Assembly: GCF_020969955.1 (NCBI RefSeq)
Contig: NZ_JAHDSX010000021.1
Span: 1-32,000, forward strand
Length of the DNA stretch: 32,000 nt
Direction: 5' to 3'
Origin: Allobaculum fili
GTDB taxonomy: Bacteria; Bacillota_I; Bacilli_A; Erysipelotrichales; Erysipelotrichaceae
The notes under the pieces were generated by a model. That model did not search any database. It worked only from the letters and a program-made list of their open reading frames with translations, and had not been told where the DNA came from. Shown in pieces: positions 27,958 through 32,000 of the stretch. The translations under genes and the position numbers were made by a program. The stretch's first letter is position 1; every line of letters starts with the position of its first letter.

Positions 27958-29283
27958 TCAGATTCCGGGCTCGCCGACTTTTGGCGAATAGACTTTTCGC
28001 TCGACGATCGGCGAATGTTCCTTGGAATATTCGCTTTCCAGATAGTCGTAATACGTTCCCGGCGTAACGATTCCGCGCATTGAAAGAACATCGGAACCGA
28101 TCCGTCCTAGAATGACATCCGCAAACTGAACACAGTTTTCGCCGGCGACCCAGTACGTTTTGAAGCAGCCGTTCTTGATCTTGAAAAACTTGGCGCCGGT
28201 GTGGAAATGAAGCCGGGACGGATAGTTATCTTCCAGACCTTCCAGCTGACGGCTTCCTCGCCGTTCGATCGGCGAATACCAGCGATAGGAGCGCTTTTTG
28301 AGATCTTCGAGTTCCCGCTCGATCAGTTCGTCTTCTTCAGGCGTTGTCTCAATCGAATATTCGAAAATCGTATTGTTTTCATGCGTGATGATGTTGGGGA
28401 GATACAGTTCAAACGGAACGGTAAAATAAACGCCATCTCCCAGCATGGAAAAGAAGCGTTCGCTTTCCTTGTCGTAGTTGCCGTAGGAATACACGATGCC
28501 TTTCCAGGAAAAGCTGAAATGGCCGACTTTCTGCAGGCCTTCCGGTCCGATGTGGACCATGGCTTTCAGTTTGACTGGGCCCTCTTTTTTGGCCGGCTGC
28601 ACGGGATCGGATTTTCCGCTCTGAAGACGGGTGTTGATCTGACGCAAGGCGAAATCCGGCATAATGGCGGCTAAAACGGTCGGCAATGAAAGGTGAAGCC
28701 GTCGCTTCCACTGGTATGTGGCGCTGGTGCGGTCATACAGGTCGATCGCGAAGCGTACAGAAAGCAGGCAGAAATAGACGCCGAAAACTCGAATGAGATC
28801 CTGCGTGGAAAACAGGCGGGTAAAGATCAGCGAGAAGCCCAGAATCGCATACGCGATCGTAAACAGAATCATGGAAAAGCGCACGCGGGAACCGTTGGCC
28901 CGATTGATGAACGTCTGAATGAGCAGGCAGACGCTGATGCCGACGCAGTAAAAGCCAAAGACGAGCTGCATGATTTTTTCCGGGCGAAGATCACCAAACA
29001 TCATCAGTACGCCAAAGACCAGAGCCAGCAGTCCGTACACAATTTTGGCTCGTCCCGCTCGACCGCTGATCAGAAAAAGAACGATATTGAACAGACCGTA
29101 CACGATCAGCGTAACGATCGAAATGTTCAGCACCGCTTCATACAGAAAAGCCGGCATGAACAGGCAGAGAATACCGATGACCAAAAGGCCAAGAGCGAGC
29201 AGCCACCCGCCGACCTGCGATCCTTTTTCGATTTCCGACGGATTGGGACGGCGCAGATGCTTACGGTTTTCTTGACTGGACAC
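27958..29283 (-). CDS. polytopic membrane protein (DUF308/HdeD-like helices) with a C-terminal soluble His...Cys domain; function unknown
   Basis: The likely start is GTG 29283 (GAAAGGA 10 nt upstream), which overlaps the thiN 3' end. About 6 hydrophobic helices are followed by ...VGHFSFSWKGIVYSYGNYD...VAGENCVQFADVILGRIG.... The track's start at 29397 lies inside thiN. Confidence 0.65.
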   Translation of the reverse strand: MSSQENRKHLRRPNPSEIEKGSQVGGWLLALGLLVIGILCLFMPAFLYEAVLNISIVTLIVYGLFNIVLFLISGRAGRAKIVYGLLALVFGVLMMFGDLRPEKIMQLVFGFYCVGISVCLLIQTFINRANGSRVRFSMILFTIAYAILGFSLIFTRLFSTQDLIRVFGVYFCLLSVRFAIDLYDRTSATYQWKRRLHLSLPTVLAAIMPDFALRQINTRLQSGKSDPVQPAKKEGPVKLKAMVHIGPEGLQKVGHFSFSWKGIVYSYGNYDKESERFFSMLGDGVYFTVPFELYLPNIITHENNTIFEYSIETTPEEDELIERELEDLKKRSYRWYSPIERRGSRQLEGLEDNYPSRLHFHTGAKFFKIKNGCFKTYWVAGENCVQFADVILGRIGSDVLSMRGIVTPGTYYDYLESEYSKEHSPIVERKVYSPKVGEPGI

Positions 29284-29902
29284 AGAGAACCCGTCCTTTC
29301 TCGACGATCGCAAGCGCCGAATCCTGATGGCTGATGGAGTTGGAGCACGTATAAAATTCGGTCTGGTCAATCGCCCTGTGCGAAAGCGGATAGTCAAAAC
29401 CGTCGAGTGTGATTACCGAAGGTTCCATCGCAAAAAAGGAAATGTGCGGATAGGCTGCATCGATCGTATATTCCCCAGGCAAAAGTACAGAGACTTTATG
29501 CCAGGCATCCATAGAGATCGCCTGCGGAACTTTCCAGCACATGCAGCGCAGATTGGCGATCGTATGATCGAGCCTTCCTTCCAGTCCGCCGTACAAAATG
29601 ATTGTCGTATAGCCCATTTCTGCGGCTTTTAATAACGCGATTTCCGAATCGGTTTCGTTTTTTGCGACCGGATAGCGCAGGAAAGGAAACGTATAGCCTT
29701 CTGTATTTGCGGCTTTTTGGGTCCTGGCATCCGTCAGATCTTCTTCACTGTCAAAATCCCCGATCGCAAACAGCGGCGTGATGCCTTTTTCGACGAGGAT
29801 GTGATAGCCGGAATCGATGCCGATCCAGTCGCAGTTCTGAAAATCCGGAAGTATGCGCACAAGCGGCGTCACCAGAATGGCTGTGTCGTGTTTTCTTAAC
29901 AC
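29261..29902 (-). CDS. thiN: thiamine diphosphokinase
   Basis: 213 aa. ...WIGIDSGYHILVEKGITPLFAIGDFDS... is the TPK signature. The GTG start overlaps the rpe stop, and the position after rpe matches the B. subtilis rsgA-rpe-thiN order. Confidence 0.85.
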   Translation of the reverse strand: MLRKHDTAILVTPLVRILPDFQNCDWIGIDSGYHILVEKGITPLFAIGDFDSEEDLTDARTQKAANTEGYTFPFLRYPVAKNETDSEIALLKAAEMGYTTIILYGGLEGRLDHTIANLRCMCWKVPQAISMDAWHKVSVLLPGEYTIDAAYPHISFFAMEPSVITLDGFDYPLSHRAIDQTEFYTCSNSISHQDSALAIVEKGRVLCVQSRKP

Positions 29903-30552
29903 AGGGATTCAACCGCGCTTTCGATATCGTTTTTGAAAACGTAGCTTCCGGCAACGAGCGTATCTACGCCGGCCGCTTTGGCTTCTTTAGCAGTTTCGGC
30001 ATTGATTCCGCCGTCAATTTCAATACGGCAGGCCGGGTTGAGTTCTTTTCTCGCTTTGTCAAAGGCGCGGACTTTTTCCAGCACATCCGGAATAAAGCTC
30101 TGGCCTCCATAACCTGGATAAACGGACATGATCAGAACGAGATCCGCCTCTTTGACCAGGTTCAGGAAAGGGGCGGGATCGGTATCCGGCTTGAGCGAAA
30201 AGCCGGCCTGGATGCCCATATCGTGGATTTCTTTGAGCAGAGCCGACACTTTTTTCGGATCGTTATCGAGTGCTTCGACATGGAAAACGATCAGATCCGC
30301 CCCGGCGTCCTTAAAGACGCGGGCAAAATACGCGGGATCGCTGACCATCAGATGGACATCAAGAAAGAGATCCGTCGATTTGCGAAACTGCTTGAGAATA
30401 TCCGGACCAAAGGAGAGATTCGGTACGAAATGTCCGTCCATGACATCGTAATGAATCCATTTTGCCCTGGAGCGTTCGAGCGCGCGAACCTGCTCCAGCA
30501 TTTTTGTGTAGTCCATCGAAAGAACCGATGGAGCGATAATTAACTCAGCCAT
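29896..30552 (-). CDS. rpe: ribulose-phosphate 3-epimerase
   Basis: From the ATG at 30552 (SD AAGGAAG): MAELIIAPSVLSMDYTKMLEQV...HYDVMDGHFVPNLSFGP. This gives 218 aa, the canonical Rpe length. Confidence 0.95.
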   Translation of the reverse strand: MAELIIAPSVLSMDYTKMLEQVRALERSRAKWIHYDVMDGHFVPNLSFGPDILKQFRKSTDLFLDVHLMVSDPAYFARVFKDAGADLIVFHVEALDNDPKKVSALLKEIHDMGIQAGFSLKPDTDPAPFLNLVKEADLVLIMSVYPGYGGQSFIPDVLEKVRAFDKARKELNPACRIEIDGGINAETAKEAKAAGVDTLVAGSYVFKNDIESAVESLC

Positions 30553-30923
30553 TTTTCTTACTTCCTTATCTAATCTGTCCGACAAAACCGATGCCGGGCT
30601 GTTCATACAGCCTTTTATCATTAATTTTGTCCTTTACTCTGTCCCCTGTGAACAGCTGGCCAGATTCCCTTTTCCGGCTTTTGTAAGACAAAGCACAGAA
30701 TCCGGCACCATTAGATTAACAAAAAACGATTCAATCGCCACATGGAGCGATTTTTCCCATCCAAAAGTGAGCACGGCCTGCTCGTTTTCTAGCCAGACTG
30801 ATCGTTCTGTCCATGTGCAATTCTTCCTGCATACGCGGCGGATCTGTCCATATGCGTGGAGTTTTGCAGGGGCAGACTCGAACCTGTAGAAGTGTTTCGA
30901 TGAAAAGGATCGGATACCGCATA

Positions 30924-30984
30924 GACAGAAATAAAGCTGGCATTTTCCCTTTTCAGGAAGTCTGCCAGCTTTTGTTTTCTCTGG
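30924..30984. terminator. hairpin terminator downstream of rsgA (T-rich tails on both strands)
   Basis: AGCTGGCA (30935-30942) pairs with TGCCAGCT (30963-30970). On the minus strand it is followed by TTTATTTCTG and on the plus strand by TTTGTTTTCT. Confidence 0.55.
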
Positions 30985-31025
30985 TGCAGCCGGAGGCAGC
31001 TGTTCCATGCGTTTTGGCCAGAGAA

Positions 31026-31895
31026 TCAGTACTGCTTTCGGTTTTTGAATTCTTTCATGATCAGCGCGTAATCTTCATACAGCGTCGGATTGATGTTTCC
31101 GTTTTTGACATTTTCCTTAATGATGCAGTCCGGTTCATCCACATGAATGCAGTCCGCAAAGCGGCAGCCTTCTTCCAGATACGGCGCAAAGTCGATCAGA
31201 CGGCTGGCCAGCGAGGAAACATCCATGCGCGTGAAGTCGAGCGAAGAAAAGCCCGGCGTATCCGCGACGAGGCCGCCGGCAACCGGATGCAGTTCGCAAT
31301 GGCGGGTCGTATGCTTGCCGCGTCCGAGCGCCTTGGAAATTTCCTGCGTCTGCAGATGGAACGTGGGATCCAGACGGTTTAACAGCGAGCTTTTTCCCGC
31401 ACCCGACTGGCCGCACAGCACACTGATCCGGCCTTTGAGCAGTTCCTTGAGTTCTTCATCATCGCTGCCCGGATTGGAGACGAACACGCGATAGCCGGCT
31501 TTTCGATACCATTCGAGTTCCTGATCGATTTTTTCCTTTTCCTGCGGAGTTAAAAGATCGGACTTGGTAATGCAGATGACCGGTTCGATATCGCAGAGGA
31601 CAACGAGAAAAATGAGGCGGTTGAGCAGTCTGGACGAAAAATCGGGATCTTTCAGACTCGTGACAATCAGCGCCTGATCGACGTTGCAAACCGCCGGGCG
31701 AAGCAGACGGTTGCGTCTAGGCAAAATGGAGTCAATACGCTCGGATCCTTCGATCGTTTCGTAATTTACGATATCGCCGGCCAGCGGCTTTTCGCCTTTG
31801 CGCATGCGGCCGCGCGGTGTGGCGACAACCGCTTCCTCGGGCGAGTAAATCGTGTACTGATTGGAAATGACTTTAATAATTCTTCCCTGTTTCAT
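31026..31895 (-). CDS. rsgA: ribosome small-subunit-dependent GTPase A
   Basis: 289 aa. Circularly permuted GTPase with GQSGAGKSSLLNRL and C-terminal zinc knuckle CRFADCIHVDEPDC. Confidence 0.95.
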   Translation of the reverse strand: MKQGRIIKVISNQYTIYSPEEAVVATPRGRMRKGEKPLAGDIVNYETIEGSERIDSILPRRNRLLRPAVCNVDQALIVTSLKDPDFSSRLLNRLIFLVVLCDIEPVICITKSDLLTPQEKEKIDQELEWYRKAGYRVFVSNPGSDDEELKELLKGRISVLCGQSGAGKSSLLNRLDPTFHLQTQEISKALGRGKHTTRHCELHPVAGGLVADTPGFSSLDFTRMDVSSLASRLIDFAPYLEEGCRFADCIHVDEPDCIIKENVKNGNINPTLYEDYALIMKEFKNRKQY

Positions 31896-31903
31896 AGGCC
31901 TCG

Positions 31904-32000
31904 TTAGTGATACAGCGTAATGACGCTGTTGCTTCCTTCCTGGGTATAGGTAGAACCGATCGGCGGATCCACATTTTTGACGACAGAGGATCCGTAGACA
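31904..32000 (-). CDS. prkC: 3' end of an upstream CDS, probably a PASTA-domain Ser/Thr kinase (by synteny)
   Basis: The open frame reads ...VYGSSVVKNVDPPIGSTYTQEGSNSVITLYH with stop TAA at 31906-31904, 8 nt before rsgA. prkC precedes rsgA (cpgA) in Bacillus. Only 32 codons are visible. Confidence 0.45.
   Translation of the reverse strand, partial: VYGSSVVKNVDPPIGSTYTQEGSNSVITLYH

Noticed and set aside
29284-29397. Upstream N-terminal extensions offered by the ORF track (29397 for the membrane protein, 30621 for rpe, 21504 for rpmB, 14599 for the lipoprotein, 9077 for cysE)
   Set aside because: In each case an internal start has a proper SD and yields the canonical N-terminus or signal peptide. 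The extension overlaps a neighbouring gene or adds non-homologous residues.
30860-30895. tRNA-like T-arm (minus strand GGTTCGAGTCTGCCCC...CTCCA) between rsgA and rpe
   Set aside because: The five bases on either side of the TTCGAGT loop (ACAGG and CTGCC) do not pair, and no acceptor, D or anticodon arms can be drawn. It is not a tRNA or tmRNA end.
30634-31008. 124-aa minus-strand ORF in the rsgA-rpe spacer
   Set aside because: It has no SD, it spans the rsgA terminator hairpin, its composition is Cys/Arg/Lys-rich, and it resembles nothing I recognise. It is treated as non-coding and the spacer is reported as a finding instead.

Overview
About 50% GC chromosomal window from a Bacillota (Firmicutes)-type genome, judged from Shine-Dalgarno-led starts, lipobox and sortase-type signals, and prkC-rsgA-rpe-thiN and mraY-murD synteny. 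Most of it is housekeeping. Plus strand: trpS, rpmB, an SDR oxidoreductase. Minus strand: a MutT/NudG-type Nudix gene, pdxK, gshA, a cyclophilin-like gene, cysE, ppdK, murD, mraY, a ceramidase-like hydrolase, thiN, rpe, rsgA and the 3' end of a PASTA kinase gene. I found no rRNA, tRNA, CRISPR array, transposase or integrase. The non-routine content is as follows. (1) A solitary 1013-aa PLD-nuclease/SF2-helicase/large C-terminal-domain gene with SauUSI-type (type IV restriction) architecture, divergent from the Nudix gene. (2) A roughly 1520-aa MBG-repeat surface adhesin gene split into three collinear ORFs by a frameshift and an in-frame TGA. (3) An ArsC/Spx-like ORF with its own SD that reads without a stop into ppdK. 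(4) A roughly 300-nt leader with an attenuator hairpin directly in front of the cysE RBS, of a class I could not assign. (5) A polytopic membrane protein with a His...Cys C-terminal domain appended to rsgA-rpe-thiN. (6) Unusually long non-coding spacers inside normally tight gene pairs (rsgA/rpe, mraY/murD), one carrying a repeated GGACAGA motif. All functional calls come from reading motifs in the supplied translations; no database search was run.
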